A stretch of DNA of 62,987 nt, filler included, from Bigelowiella natans CCMP2755 (GCA_000320545.1; 6 parts of 6 records of this genome joined end to end with filler, not necessarily neighbours in it), one strand, 5' to 3'; positions 27,428 through 41,196 are shown, counted from the first letter of the whole stretch. Notes: generated by a model from the letters alone, not told the origin. Translations and numbers: made by a program.

Positions 27428-28625
27428 ATGAGTGTGTGTTGTGCGTGACAAATTGTTCGTAGGCTGAGTCGACTGCCTCGAAAGAACCTTTCTAAGATCG
27501 TCCAGAGATACATGGAAAAGATTAAGAAAAAGTCCAGTGAGCAGCAGCAAAGTAATGAGGAGAAGCAGGAGGAAAACGTTGGTGTCCTCGCACCGGGAGG
27601 AGGGAGAGGAGGAGAAAGTGCAGATAAGAAGAAGGAGGGAGGGAAGAGGAATATAACCAGTGTTGGTTGTGTTCCCTGTAGCAGCAGCAGCAGCAGCAGC
27701 AGCAGCAAATCAGCAGATGGGCAGGCAACATCACAGCCTTGCTTGGATGCACGCTGCCCCCTTCTCCCGTTCATCGGTGCTACTGCGAGCACCAAAGAAT
27801 GCCGCGAATGCGGGTATGAGTGGTATTATTGTTGTTGTTAGTAGTAGTAGTAGTAGCAGCAGCAGCAGCAGCAGTGGTAGTATACCAGCCCGGGGGGGAG
27901 GGATTGGGAGCAAATATGAAAGAGCTTCTATTAAGGCCTACTCGCAAAAACCCGCGACATTATTACTCGGAAAATTATATCTCACCTCACACCACCGCCG
28001 CCGCCGCCACCACCAGGTACAAGCCCCCCGTTCGCCAGGAGGAGTTCCAAGCTCTGCCTCTTTCCCTCGCGAGCATTGCGGAGATGGCCATGATGGTGGG
28101 GGAGGACGGGGGAAGGGCAGCAAAGGAGGGACAGAAAGTTCCAAGGTAGTGACGCTGATTAGATCACACCCATCCCCCTTATCTTTTAGAATGACCATTA
28201 CAATGGAACCACTACCGAACTCCCCCCCCCCCCCCCCCGTTCCCCTTCTCTTTGGATGTCATATTCAACCGTACTTACTTACTCCGTCTGCTTGGGTAGC
28301 GTGGAAGAGCTATTGAAGTCGTCTGTTAAGTCAATGGAGCTCCCAGATGTGATATGCGAAAGGTTCGTTCATATGATCTCCGATAACTCTCATGGATTGT
28401 ATCACCAGACGAAAACCCCCTAATTTTTGTCTGGTGATGGCGGTCTCTTCGTCTTACGCACCATCGCAACAAAAGTGATATCGGAACATCCTCCTCCATG
28501 TTGTTGTGGTTCTGCCATACTATTATCATGGCGGCCAAAAAATGCTAGACAGCGTCTACGACAAGCGACACGAAATAACGAGAACGAACGCGAAAAAGAA
28601 GATCGAGAACGGATTCAGAATAGAA

Positions 28626-28664
<39 letters not shown>

Positions 28665-28741
28665 GTGTGCGTGCGTTGTGCGTGGGCATGCTCGTGTCTG
28701 TGACTACTCACAAAATGATGTGTTCTCATCATTACCATTAC

Positions 28742-28776
<35 letters not shown>

Positions 28777-29523
28777 CTATGATTGAGACCACTCATCGTG
28801 TTGGTTGGTTGGTTGGTTGGTTGGTTGATACACTACATACCCTCCCTTCAGATGCTCTGGAATCGAAGAGCTTCGGATGATCCGCAAAGCACGAAAACGG
28901 CAGCAAGAAAACGCCAACTCGCGCTGGTACCCTTATTGCTGACGTATCACTGAAATATTGCTCTCATTTAAGGACTTCTGCCCTTCCGGTGATGATAATG
29001 ATGTGGTGGCAGTTTTAATAAGTCATCATCATCATTATCATCATTGTCGTCATCATCCTTACAATAGTGCCTTCTATTCTGCTCATTTCTGCATGTCCTG
29101 TCATCGCTACCCCCTGTCGCGTCCTCTTCATTAATTCATTCACCCTCTTATTTTTCTTCTTTTCAAATTTGGGTACCCTCTGCTATTATTAGGTCTCACC
29201 AGAAGATGCGTGTGCTTCTAGAGAAGAAGGAAAAGCAGGTGTGTATCACATAAGGAGGGAGGGGAGGGAGGGATGCAAAAAGCAATCGTTGAATCTCAGC
29301 ATAATACTAATCAATGCGGGTATCTTCCTCCTAATATCTTCCTCGTTAGTTGACTCCCCCCCCTCCCCTCTCTATATCTTCTGTCTTGACCCTGCTACTG
29401 CAGCTGCTACGTTTCCTAGAGACTGGCATCGAAGACGTCAGCCTGGCGGGTGTAGGTGTGAGCGAGGACGAAATACGGGAAGACCTCCCGCTTGAGCCGC
29501 TTTGGGCTACTAAAAGCTGCCAT
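26304..29523 (+). CDS. Ubiquitin-specific protease (peptidase C19), USP30/UBP27-like with N-terminal membrane anchor; 3' end lost at gap
   Basis: N-terminal hydrophobic GVALAGAGVLAAYLSFKYIF; Cys box GLQNNGNTCFLNSILQ (~26640-26685); spliced QQ|DAQELF; Zn motif KECRECGY; EEFQALPLSL. His box not visible before the gap at 29556. Confidence 0.85.
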
Positions 29524-29555
29524 GTGCGTATATATATATATATATATATATATAT

Positions 29556-29655
29556 NNNNNNNNNNNNNNNNNNNNNNNNNNNNNNNNNNNNNNNNNNNNT
29601 TAATTAATTAANNNNNNNNNNNNNNNNNNNNNNNNNNNNNNNNNNNNNNNNNNNN
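29556..29655. other. Assembly spacer 44N-TTAATTAATTAA-44N (identical at 43061-43160, 51934-52033, 57460-57559, 60832-60931)
   Basis: Five identical 100-bp spacers whose core carries stops in all six frames; artificial. Confidence 0.97.
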
Positions 29656-29795
29656 CGTTTCCTAGCGGACAGAATTATATACTTTCGATCTCGTCGTCGT
29701 CGTCGTCATCATCATCATCATCATCAAAGTCGTTATTATCCATCATCAGTAGCACGGCAAGAATAGGTGTCGGCGCGGCGGTCATCGTTTTTTGG

Positions 29796-30071
29796 TCACG
29801 GCCCGAGTCGCTGCTGTCTCGGTATCTTGGGAACAGCGGGCCCCACTACCTGGATGTTCTCATTCTTCACCTCCTTCCACGACTTATACAGCACATGGCA
29901 TCCGAAGTTGCAGCAGCAGCGGCACGCCCTCTGCGATTTCCGACCGTCGTCCTCACCTCCATCCACCTCTGAGTAAACGAGGATGACTAGTAGAGTGTGC
30001 AATGACATCCTAACGACGGGAAGAGAGACGTAACGGAGGACTGAAATCATTTCAAGAATCTATCGCGCGCG

Positions 30072-30109
<38 letters not shown>

Positions 30110-30127
30110 TGTGTTTGTGTGAGTATG

Positions 30128-30197
<70 letters not shown>

Positions 30198-30346
30198 CAT
30201 GGAAGAGGTAGAGAGAGGGGGGGGGGAATGGGAATGATTGATTTCGAAACAAAAATTTTAAAGCCGTAACGAAAAAGCCGATAATCAATCGTTTTTTTTC
30301 CTGGACGCAGCTGAATGAGGGAAGAGCCAGAGATTTATCATCACCA

Positions 30347-30385
<39 letters not shown>

Positions 30386-30601
30386 CAACTGATATATATC
30401 GGTTGATATATCAGTTGATACAATATATGAAGATCAGATCATACCATAAGGTAAAGCACGCCCAAAAGACCACGTCGTCGATGAAGACTGCTCTCTGTGA
30501 AAGAAAGGAAACATAGACTGACTTCCTTCGCCAAGCAATATACAACCGACCGGACTTACTCTGCCTCGCAGCATAGATGTATGTGAGAACGGGAGACAGA
30601 C

Positions 30602-30649
<48 letters not shown>

Positions 30650-31613
30650 CAAAGCTCATTTTCGTTATTACACAACATGATGATACACACAGCACATGTA
30701 TATATTATATATTTATATTGTGAATACACACGCACAAACCGAATCGTCCTCCTCTGTCTGCACCCCATGCACAAATATTGTCTCCGCTGTCAATCCGCAG
30801 TACCACTAGCGATTATCAAATGCATTTGTCAGTGGATGCTACTACCATCCCCTCGAGGGTGGGGTGGGGGGCGGGAGAGAGAGGCTGTATGCGTACAAGG
30901 CTAAAAGCAATCGGTATTTTACATATATAATACAGAGAAACAGAAAAAAGAAGCGAGATCTGCAATCTTGATCAAAAGAGGGGGGAGAACATGCAGAGCT
31001 AGACACGGTTTCTCTCCCATTATGGCCTTCAACAAAAACAAGCGGCTATTCCGTCAAACCAGGTAGATGAAGACAAGATATTTATCGATGTAGGTCATGT
31101 AGGACATAGGAGGGAGTTCCTGCGAGTAGGGGGAGGAGGAAGCGGGGGAGGGGGGGAGGGGGGGGGGGGGGGAAGCACCAAGCGCGTTGGAAGCAAATAT
31201 TCAGGAATACATCGTGAGACCACAACAGATTTACAGTATCACCAAAGTATTATCAACACCATCGACAATCAAACCGATGCTAAGATGAACTTGAAAGCCA
31301 CGGTGGTGAGCAGAAGCGTCAAGATCGTTGCGATCTGGAGGGAGTGGGGAGGGTTGAGCATGGTGACACACCGCAGCAGTGGTTGGTTTTCGCACGGAAT
31401 GATGCTGTTGTCACTTCTCTCCATCTTCTGCTCCTTCTTCTTCTTCTTCTTCCTTTCCTTCTCACGTTATTTCGATGACACCTACCCTGTCAGCGATTTC
31501 GCTTGGAGGGATGAGGAGAGCCGAGAGGGACAGCGAAGTGATGAGGAACAAGGGGAATACCTGCAGCAACCGTGTGCATGATGAATCATCGGTGCGTGTG
31601 TGTGCGTGTGTAC

Positions 31614-31655
<42 letters not shown>

Positions 31656-31755
31656 CTATTGTCGAGAAAGAGATACCATATTCGTGGCAAAATAGCTCTG
31701 ATAGCGCTGCACGCGTATTCCGAAAAGGACCGAGGACCGAGTATTCTATATATAA

Positions 31756-31786
<31 letters not shown>

Positions 31787-32106
31787 CGCTCATGTCTTTA
31801 GTACGACATCCTTTCTACGGTATCTTCCTTTTTACACTTACATCAACAACTCCTCCCCCCTCTTACTATCGAACATCAACGCTCCATTCTCCACAATCAG
31901 TGACCTCTCCTGAAACGCTCTTAGCTTTGAGATCGACCAGTGGCGTGAATAACTCATACCTGGGGGAAGAGGAGGAGGAGAAGGGGTAGCTATGAGAGCA
32001 ATTACAGCAAGAGAAATGATAGTTTAACTAACACATTAAAAAAAAATCTCCCCCTCTAATCACCATCGAAGCCCTCTCCATCATGTTTCATCCTCTCTCA
32101 GCGTCC

Positions 32107-32137
<31 letters not shown>

Positions 32138-33799
32138 GAACAATGAAAGTGTGTTAGATTAGAAGCGTGTGATTATTTGCTCTCGAGACTGACTGTGTAT
32201 GCATCCTGGGAGCAAGATAAACCATACACGTAGTCTCAGCATAACGATCAGGCACCTTTATTAGCAGTAGCAGCAGGAGGAGGAGGAGGAGGAAGAGGAG
32301 AAGTATGAGAGAGCGAAGGGGAGGGAGTATATCCCAATGCACCGCAAGCAATATTTGGAGAAAAAAGGGGGGGGGGTTAGGGAATAGCCCCATGACACGG
32401 AAACATCATCTCATAGGATCATCGATTCAGGCAATTCTTCATTTTGCATCTCTTCTTTTCCAAAGTCCCATACTAAGGTACCTTCCAATCGGAGAGCGGC
32501 TGGTCTAGGAAGCGCCAGTCCTCGAAGTTACAGAGCATCTGTGTTGTTCGGGATTGGATGAAATGAGGAGGAGGAGGAGGAGGAGGAGGAGGAGGATGAG
32601 GGGGAGAATGAGGAGGATAAGGGAAGAATAGCCTTGCTGCGAGGGCGAAATATCGACTCTGATGCCGTAAAACATGTTGTTTATATGCGTGTCTACACTC
32701 GACGAGGACAACGCAAACTCTCCCACGCGGCCTACTATATCCTACCTGCATCTGCAAGAACTGACGGTCATATGGGAAGCGATGCAGCTGAGGGAGCAGG
32801 CATGGAGGGCGCAAAGAATTGAAAAGATTTACAAAAAGAGACAACACGAACAAGAATTTTGAGCTACAAAAAAGGCAAGAGTAAGGGGGGGGGGGGGGGG
32901 GGGGAGGAGAAGCATTTGATAATCTCATTTATATTCCTCAAAGTAGCGCCGTGGTCTCTCATAACAACGACTACGCTCTTAGGTGTCGCCCACCTCCATC
33001 TCTTCAAATACGTCGACTGAGAAGCGATAGTGAACCGTCACAACCTTTGCAGTAGTAGAAGACAAATGCAGCAGCGTTGCCAATATTAACACACATGAGG
33101 ATCGAACGTAGCCGCAGAAACGTACCTAACGCTGGATGCTATCAATTCAAAGGCAAGTGTATAGGGTTTTGTAAGTGTTGCCTATTATGTGTGCCTGTGG
33201 GCGCGTGTAGTGTACCTTGGTCTCGTTGTTGAAAAACGACTCAATCTCATCCACCTGACAAAATCCATCTTCCTTTACAAAAGCGACAACGGTTTCGCCT
33301 CCCTCTCCCCCACCCACCCCTCCTCAATCTATGAAGAACCAAGAGTCTCTTTCACTTTGCACGCCGCCACCCGCATACACAGCACGAAACGTGGCCCTAT
33401 ACTTACAGAGAGCGATTGCGGCACTTCATTCCTGAAAAGCTCATCTTTATCGATCTGAATAGAGCCCCGCGCGAGGAATCAGAAGACTTTCCGCGCCCAA
33501 CATTACTAGCATACCAGCCACGGAGTTGTGCCTCCCATGCAAATGCACGCGCGCGCCCATACCCGCACATATTCCCACACAGATCCACCCACATAGCTAC
33601 TTTACTACCGGGAGGCGCTCATCGCTTGTGAATTCGAATGATATCTTCGATTCGTCCCTGTGCGGAGCAAGAGGAGAAGCAGAGGGGTGGTAGAGGGAGA
33701 GGGAGAGGAGGATGGAGAGCATCATTGGAAAAACATCTGAAGAAGGAATAAGACATGCAGCTAAGCGTTCGCGTGTGTATGTGTGTATATGTATGTGTG

Positions 33800-33876
<77 letters not shown>

Positions 33877-34769
33877 GTGCGTTGTTTGCATGGACCCTTC
33901 GTATCCTTCAGCGACCACCGTCCTCACTCCAACCCCGGATGAGAATATATTAGGGTCTTTCCAGAATAGCCAGATCTCCCCGTCAGCGCTACGCTCAGAT
34001 GTATCGAAGAAATGGCGGGGGGGGGTGGGGTCAGCAGGTAAACATGTAAAGTTTTCGTCTGTTAAATAAATTATGGTGCAATATAAAAATATGTGCGTGT
34101 GCGTGCTACGCATACACATCGCATCGCATATCTGTATTAACATCTCCTCCAACAAGCTGCGAGCGTGTCAGGTTACCTAAATGTCTCCATCACAAGATTT
34201 ATGTCCGATATGCATAGGTTTGTGTGCACGAACACCGAGGGCCTGTCTTTGACCTTTATGCGCGCACAACACACAAATTCGTTAGTTTCGCTCTTTTTTT
34301 AGGAAGCTATTGCGTAACACATGGCATAGTCATAGTTGGTGCGTATTTATGTCGCATTTCATTCCCAAAATTTCCATCCTCCAAGGGCCTCGACCCGCCT
34401 CCTCCCTGCCCTCTCTTCTTCTTCTTCTTCTTCTACTACTACTACTACTTGGATCCACGAGAGTTTTTTCATATTTGTTATCGTATCGACGAGGTCCTTC
34501 ATCGACTGCTCTGGATGCCTATCCGCATCCTTAACAACACCAACATTGGGAGAGCATATTTAGCACCCGTTTTCGGGGGAAGTGACTTGGAATTAATGCA
34601 TAGCATTATCGTCACATTTTGTTAATCATTTAGCGTGTTCTGGCAAACATGTGCCCCCCCCTTCCCCTCCTCACCGGCATGAGATATCGAACGTCATCTG
34701 TATCTACAGCGGTGTCCAGGTAAGCATCGTAGTGCTTCAAAGTCGCGGATCTGCAGATTGATCAATAAC

Positions 34770-34800
<31 letters not shown>

Positions 34801-34812
34801 GCAAAATTGTAA

Positions 34813-34856
<44 letters not shown>

Positions 34857-35619
34857 TAGAGAGAATATAAAATGTCGTGCTACCGCTGTACTTTTCCTTC
34901 CTTGAGCCATTCCAAGAAAAACGTATTGAATTCACCCTTAGATATCTGCAAATAGCGTTGCAAGAATGCATAGATACAGTAGATTGTGAGAGAGAGGGGG
35001 GGGGGAGGGGGTTGAGGGAGAGGAATGAATAAACATCGAGGAGGAATGATCAATGCACTACCTTCCAATTCTGAATCCTCTTGAAATCGCCCTAAGAACA
35101 CGATCAACGCATAAATTCGAAAGCGTCAATCAACCGAGCAAGCTGTATACATATGTACATATTCGTGTGTGTGTGTGTGTGTGTGCGCGCGTGCGTGTGT
35201 TGTGTGTTTGTGCAAGATATAGATGTGAAATCACGTCACCCGGGGATCTCTCTTCCCGCGACGATAATTATCTCTGAGATCCAATGCTGCACAGGCCACG
35301 CCTGTCGTTGTTTTTGTTTCCAATCAATATCATGAAGCGGCAGCACAGGCGTCGCTGTCGCTACAAATTCTGTGGAGAGAGATTGAAGCATGCACACCCG
35401 CGCTCACGCCCCACAGGAGATGTTATACAACCCAAATTTGAGATGCCCAGAAACGTCATGAAGTCCGCCTTGTCCAGCCTGAATCGAAGGGAGAGGAGAC
35501 GATAACCGTTTGGTCAGTTGGAAGCACAAGCATTCCGAGGGGAGGAAAAGCGCTCGATAAATTAGAGCCCCCGCAGATATTATTGACGGTCTACTTGTGC
35601 AGCGGCGGCCTCCTCTGCA

Positions 35620-35669
<50 letters not shown>

Positions 35670-35809
35670 ATCTCTTCTCTTCACTCCTTCCTCCTTTTAC
35701 ATCCTGCTACCTTTGAAGTGAACGGCCGTCAATCTTGTGCTTTTTCAACGCGTGTCCCACTTTTGCACAACGCGCGTGCGTGCGCACACACCCAAGGAGG
35801 TACATTAAC

Positions 35810-35881
<72 letters not shown>

Positions 35882-36075
35882 ATATATTATATCAACGGGT
35901 GCATAGGCAAAAATGCAAGACGAGGACATCGTAGCCTGTCATTTGTTTACCTGGGTTGGCCTTCATTTCTTTGTGATAATACCTACAGAGCGAATAACGG
36001 GGATCTCATGTCACAGCGTTCTCATACATTATCCCTTGTCAAGCATGCAGAAGGTAGAATGGGAAAGAAAGTCGG

Positions 36076-36122
<47 letters not shown>

Positions 36123-36635
36123 TAATATTGGACACGATGGAACCCCACAGCCATCTCTAGGATCCATTCCAATTTTCTGCACTGTGGAGGGAGTGCGTGG
36201 TTCGTCTAGCTCTATATCGTTAACTTATATGCATCGTCCGTGTACATACCCTGCCACATCTTGGATGCTCCAATGAGTGTAAGCCGCCGCTCTCGTCGCT
36301 GAACTATGGATTCTTTTGTGACCTGCGACCCAATTATTTAACCATACTAAGTCGAACTGCAGAGCAAGAATCTATAAATTATTACAGTTTGGCCCGTTGT
36401 AAAAAGGCTCATTTTGCATGAAGGGGGGTGTGGCGAATAATATATGTATGTATACATGCAAGTATATATATGATATAATATATATATATATATATATATA
36501 ATATTGTGTACATATTGTGTAATTAGGAACATGGGAAAAGTGTAATCAATACCGAAGTTGCGTCTCCTGTTTCGAAATGTACTCGCGACCCTCTGCAAAG
36601 GTAAAATGTAACATTATATACAAATCCCCTGGCAT
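29796..36635 (-). CDS. Cys-less (Pro-loop) pentameric ligand-gated ion channel subunit with long N-terminal extension, more than 20 exons
   Basis: Mostly phase-consistent exons: CISDINLVMETF|SADGEIWLFWKDP (33896-33988); EEME|LHRFPYDRQFLQMQ (32746-32787); FGIRVQRYQSYFATNM; M1 VFPLFLITSLSLSALLIPPSEIADR (31486-31560); M2 IATILTLLLTTVAFKFILAS (31275-31334); ELPPMSYMTYIDKYLVFIYL (31060-31119); WYCGLTAETIFVH (30740-30805); M4 IDDVVFWACFTLW|MSLHTLLVILVY; stop 29796. One junction near 31.75-31.9 kb is unresolved; the 5' exons and start are less certain. Confidence 0.88.
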
Positions 36636-36757
36636 AATGTTCGGGAGCTATTTTCTATTTCTCCCCATAATCGTATTCAACTGCGGGCTGCTGCGACTCG
36701 AATATGATCTGAAAAATTAGGATTTGCCGCGAAGGGCAAGCGCTCAACGCGCGGTGT

Positions 36758-38097
36758 ATGTCTGCGCGTGGCTTTCGCATCTTCGCGGGGAGGTGAGATG
36801 CTCGTTCCATACGTGACGTACCACATTGTTTGATGCGGCAGCTCGCATGCCCTTCGAAAGATAGAGTCACGTCACAGGCTGATCCAGGCGACGTCAAGAA
36901 TGACGCAGTAGGTAGCCCCACCCTTCAGGCTGTGTGGCGGGCAAGCCGACGGTTGAAAGGCGGGCGGTCGCACAAGCTCTGTTGAGTCAGAGACTGGTTT
37001 TCGGAAGGGGTGACGTTTGGCTTGAAACGCTCTGTTTGTCGTCGGAAAGAGCCGCATTTCCACATTAGGACTTGGAATGTTATTGTCGTAGGACGCGTAT
37101 TGCCGGCACTCGCTACAAGTACTGAACGGTTCGTTACTGGGAAAACAGTACCGGTACATGCCCGCAGTTGTTGTCGCAGATAAAAATGGTCCGTCAATGC
37201 AGCAACGAATTCCAACTCGCGGCAATTCCCTTCTGCGACAATCACTGGGCGCCCACCGTTCGCAGCATGAGTCCTGTATCGATTGGTGTTTGGGACGTTG
37301 TTTCTGTCCTAAGTTCATGCTTGAAATATCTGTGTAGAGTCGAATTAAAATTCAAATGAATTCAAATTTCAGCTTTGTGACCAGCCGCACAATCGTTTTT
37401 TCGGCCATATTATTTAGGTGTTTCCCCGCAATAAAAAAAGGGAAGAATTGAACCAGAAGGCAATTGCCTGTGGAGGCCTCGCCCCACCCCTTTGGTTGGG
37501 GGATGCACTGTTACATTACCATGTGTATCCTCAGTTTCCTCTGGCCCTCCACCTCTGGAGCTTCTCTCGAACGTGGAAAGCTCAATGTGAACGATCTCCC
37601 TCCCCTCCCCGCCCCCTTACCTAACTGTGAAATCACTACGCACAAAAACTAATTCGAGTCTCCGTTTGCGAACACATTTGTGTACTATTTATTCTATTCT
37701 ATGTATCTCTCGGCGGCGGGACTAGGTGGTTGGCATAGACAACTTTCAGCAGTACATGCAGAGGGTGCTTGGGGACGCCCGACATTCCCCTCCGACTCCG
37801 TACTCTCCCTCACACGGTGCGAGTGAAATAAATACCCAACGGCGGCAGGGCGAGGCTATGGAGAGTTCATCGTACCAACGGCAGCTACGGAATGCAGTGA
37901 GAGAAAAAATCTCGACGAACGACGGAGTAGCAAATAGCATGAATCACCCTGTGCATCATCAACGACTTGTCCGAGGCCGTGCAGGCGGCGCTACCGGCGT
38001 TGGTTCGTCTTGCGACAAAACATTGGAGAAGCTCTTGACCGAATGCATAATTGGAAAATACAAGAAACCAAAGTGTTGCCTTTTCGAGGATAAGTGA
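36758..38097 (+). CDS. Small multi-exon hypothetical protein divergent from the pLGIC gene
   Basis: ATG exon MSARGFRIFAG|gtgag; acceptor-led exon near 37092 DAYCRHSLQVLNGSLLGKQYRYMP...; last exon 37726-38097 VVGIDNFQQYMQRVLG...EDK*. No recognisable domain; phases not fully resolved. Confidence 0.4.
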
Positions 38098-38124
38098 TGA
38101 TGGGGTAAATGTACATTTCCGTCT

Positions 38125-38173
<49 letters not shown>

Positions 38174-39647
38174 TTGTCGTCCTACTTCCCCCCCACCACT
38201 CTTGCCCACTTCCTCTCTAGCTAAGGGCCTTATACTCTATATGTGTAGAAACTAAATTGTTTGTAAAGTAGCGCGTACAGTAGCAGCCTACGTTCAGCGA
38301 TAAGCATGCACTTATTCCTTTCAGAAGCGTGACTATCAAGGCTAATTCACGAAGAATAGTGACAACGAGAATGGTCAGTGGGCAAATCGGGCAGTGTAAC
38401 TGTTATTGTTATCCCTGCACAATAAATTGCGGAGCATCAGATCATTACGCATCTATACTAAAGACGCCAATCAAAAAGGTACGCTTGGTCGGATGATGGA
38501 GCTGGCTATTTTTTAAAAAAACAACAATGATGCAATGATGCGCTTTTATATTTAATTAGATTATCGCTAGATTGACGTACTGTAGTTTGTCGTGTGCAGC
38601 TAAATTAGTATCCTACTTTCTGTATAGTGTGTGATGGCGTGCTATGTGTGGAGCCGCAGCCACATCTTAGACATTGCTGTCGAAAACCATTGCTGCGCTG
38701 CTAACATGCATATGAGAGGCAGTGCATCGGATGCCAGCTACCTATCTATGTAAGTCTCCTAATCTTATTCTGCTCCAGCGCACGACTATGCGCGAAAATC
38801 GTTGGTTGTCACTAGCTACGATGTAGCACGCACCGTATAGTCGGTGCCCAGTGCGGTGTAGCATTTATGCTACAGCCATTTTATGTGATCGATGCCTGCA
38901 TGTGCATAGCAGCAGTCTGCTAGTAGTATCCTTGTATAACTATTATAGGTATCGTAGATAAGTAAGTATAGGCGTATCGCAGCGGCGTTTCACATGGAGC
39001 ATTCTACGCGGAGAAAGCATATGCTTGGGTCTCCTAATGATTTCAGCAAGCTGTCTGTATTCTCTGCCTGTGTGATTAATAACGTGACATGCATGTCCTG
39101 CTAACTTAAAAATTTTGCATTGGCTGCGCGCGTGATTCGATATGATACGATCGCGGCAAACGATGCTAAAAGTAACATTGCATCTAAATATATGTTGAAC
39201 AAACAAAAGTTTCTGTATCTTGCAAATGGTGTATAATAATGTGATTTTGGTTGTTATACGATACACGAAGGACACATATTTCTAATTCTACTACTACTAC
39301 TACTACTACTACTACTCCTACTACTTCTACTACTTTGACGACGATGACTTCTACTCAGCTTCCAGGCCTCTCGAAATCCATTTCAATTGCATTTTATAAT
39401 CATGGGATGGCTATATCTTTACTTATATTCAGCGTCCTGCACCGTCCCCTTTCTCCTCGACGCCCTCTCTTTAAGGGTGGAATTTCAATTCTTCTCATAA
39501 AAATAGAGTTTCTACAAAAAAGGGGTGGGTTGATTCTACTATTGTTTTCTATTCGTTTTCTTCGCCAGTTTAACGTGTCCTCCTCGGATTCTGATCGGCT
39601 TTTTATGCCCGTCCCCCAAGAACTCAATGCCGATTCCTTCTATTTCT

Positions 39648-39865
39648 TCAGAACATAGAAGAAGGCTTCCCCTCCTTGAAACGTAGACCTGGCTGTTCCA
39701 AGTGCTGAGGGGAAAGCGGAGGAGAGCGCGGAGAGCGTGGGGTCTGGGGCGCAGAATCGATGCGAATAGGCCGGTCAGGAGAAAAGCTCCTAACAGGACG
39801 ATGGTGGTGACTTTTGTTGTTGTTATTGTTCTCGTTGCGCTCAGGCTGTAGCTTCGCCTCCTAAT

Positions 39866-39909
<44 letters not shown>

Positions 39910-41152
39910 GTATATGTAAATATACACATAATATGTATGAGTGTATGTGGGGGGGGGCACGTGGGGGAAGGTGGATGGACAGTCGCTCACTAAACAGAAC
40001 CAAAAAAAGGGAATACCCGGGTTGTGTTCCAAAAATAATAGAATTTGTGAAAGGCTGGGGTGCGTGTATGGGGGGGGGGGGGGGGGGCAATATCTGCCCA
40101 GACCCGTGTTGGGAGCAGAACTATTTCTCGAATCTACTCTGTGTGTTCTCTCGTGAAAGAGAGCATTAATCGATGACCGACTTCAGACATGACTACTACC
40201 GGGATGAGGCGGACTCGCAGCACGCGCATCCTGTGGAACTTGGAGTCGTTCCTTCCCCGTAACTTGAGCGCAGTAGTAACGGAGAGTCCCAGCTCCCCGC
40301 CTACGTGCTCCTGCGTCGAGCTGAGGTCTTTCGAGTACTGCGCCAGCTTGTCAAAAAACGAGTATGTGGCTTTTTCTTTCTTTTTTGGGGGGAGGGGGGA
40401 CTGCTGCCGCTGATCCAGCCGAGTCATACTGGTGTCTGTAATAACCCCCTCGGGGGGGGAGGCATTGCCTTCGTTGCCATCTTCCTCCTTAATGACGTGA
40501 GGAATGCTGAATAGTTTCGTGCGAGTTCCGTCAGCGCCGGCGGCGGCGGCGGCTTTCCCCTCCTTGCGGTGCAGGTGCTGTTGGAAGTGGCTACTTGGGT
40601 CTTGGCGATGATCCACGCTGCTTCGAGGAGTTTCAGCTGCGTCGTCGCCCATGCTGTACGCGGTTATCCCGGACATGAACTGCCGAAACTGGTGCGATTT
40701 CCTGCCCATGATGGTGATGGTGGTGGTGGTGATGATGATGATGATGATGATGACGATGGCGATGACGATGGCGATGACGATGACGAGAACAATAAAGACA
40801 ACGACGACTATGATGATGATGATGATGATGATGATGATTCGGAGAGAAATTAGCCATGAAGGGATAAAAACTTTCAAACGAAAACAAGGGGGAACTCAAT
40901 GCATTTACAGCTTCCGCAGCGGTGTTCTCATGATGATTGTGGATGATGAGAAGCACCTGAACGGTTCAACGACGTCCGTTAGATGTCGGAGCACGATGCT
41001 CTCCACTTCCCTCAAGAGTCTCCGAAGGAACCGCTCTACTCAATGGCATCAGAAGAGGAAAAAGAAGAAAAAGAAGAAGGCGAAGGAAGGAGTATAATGA
41101 GAGGATATATTCGATAGGAGAATGCGGGGCACATAGAAGGAAAGCAGGATGG

Positions 41153-41196
<44 letters not shown>

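Noticed and set aside
29600-29611. TTAATTAATTAA palindrome repeated five times
   Set aside because: Always centred in 44N+44N, so it is an artificial six-frame-stop linker. Genes are truncated and often switch strand across these gaps, so neighbourhood across gaps (e.g. a pLGIC/USP or RGS/ANK 'cluster') should not be interpreted.
29767-29976. + strand ORF as the USP C-terminus
   Set aside because: It has no His box and is the antisense of the pLGIC terminal (M4) exon.
36872-37318. 148-aa minus-strand ORF as first exon of the pLGIC
   Set aside because: The + strand offers acceptor/donor-bounded exons here and a phase-compatible ATG exists at 36635; not fully excluded.
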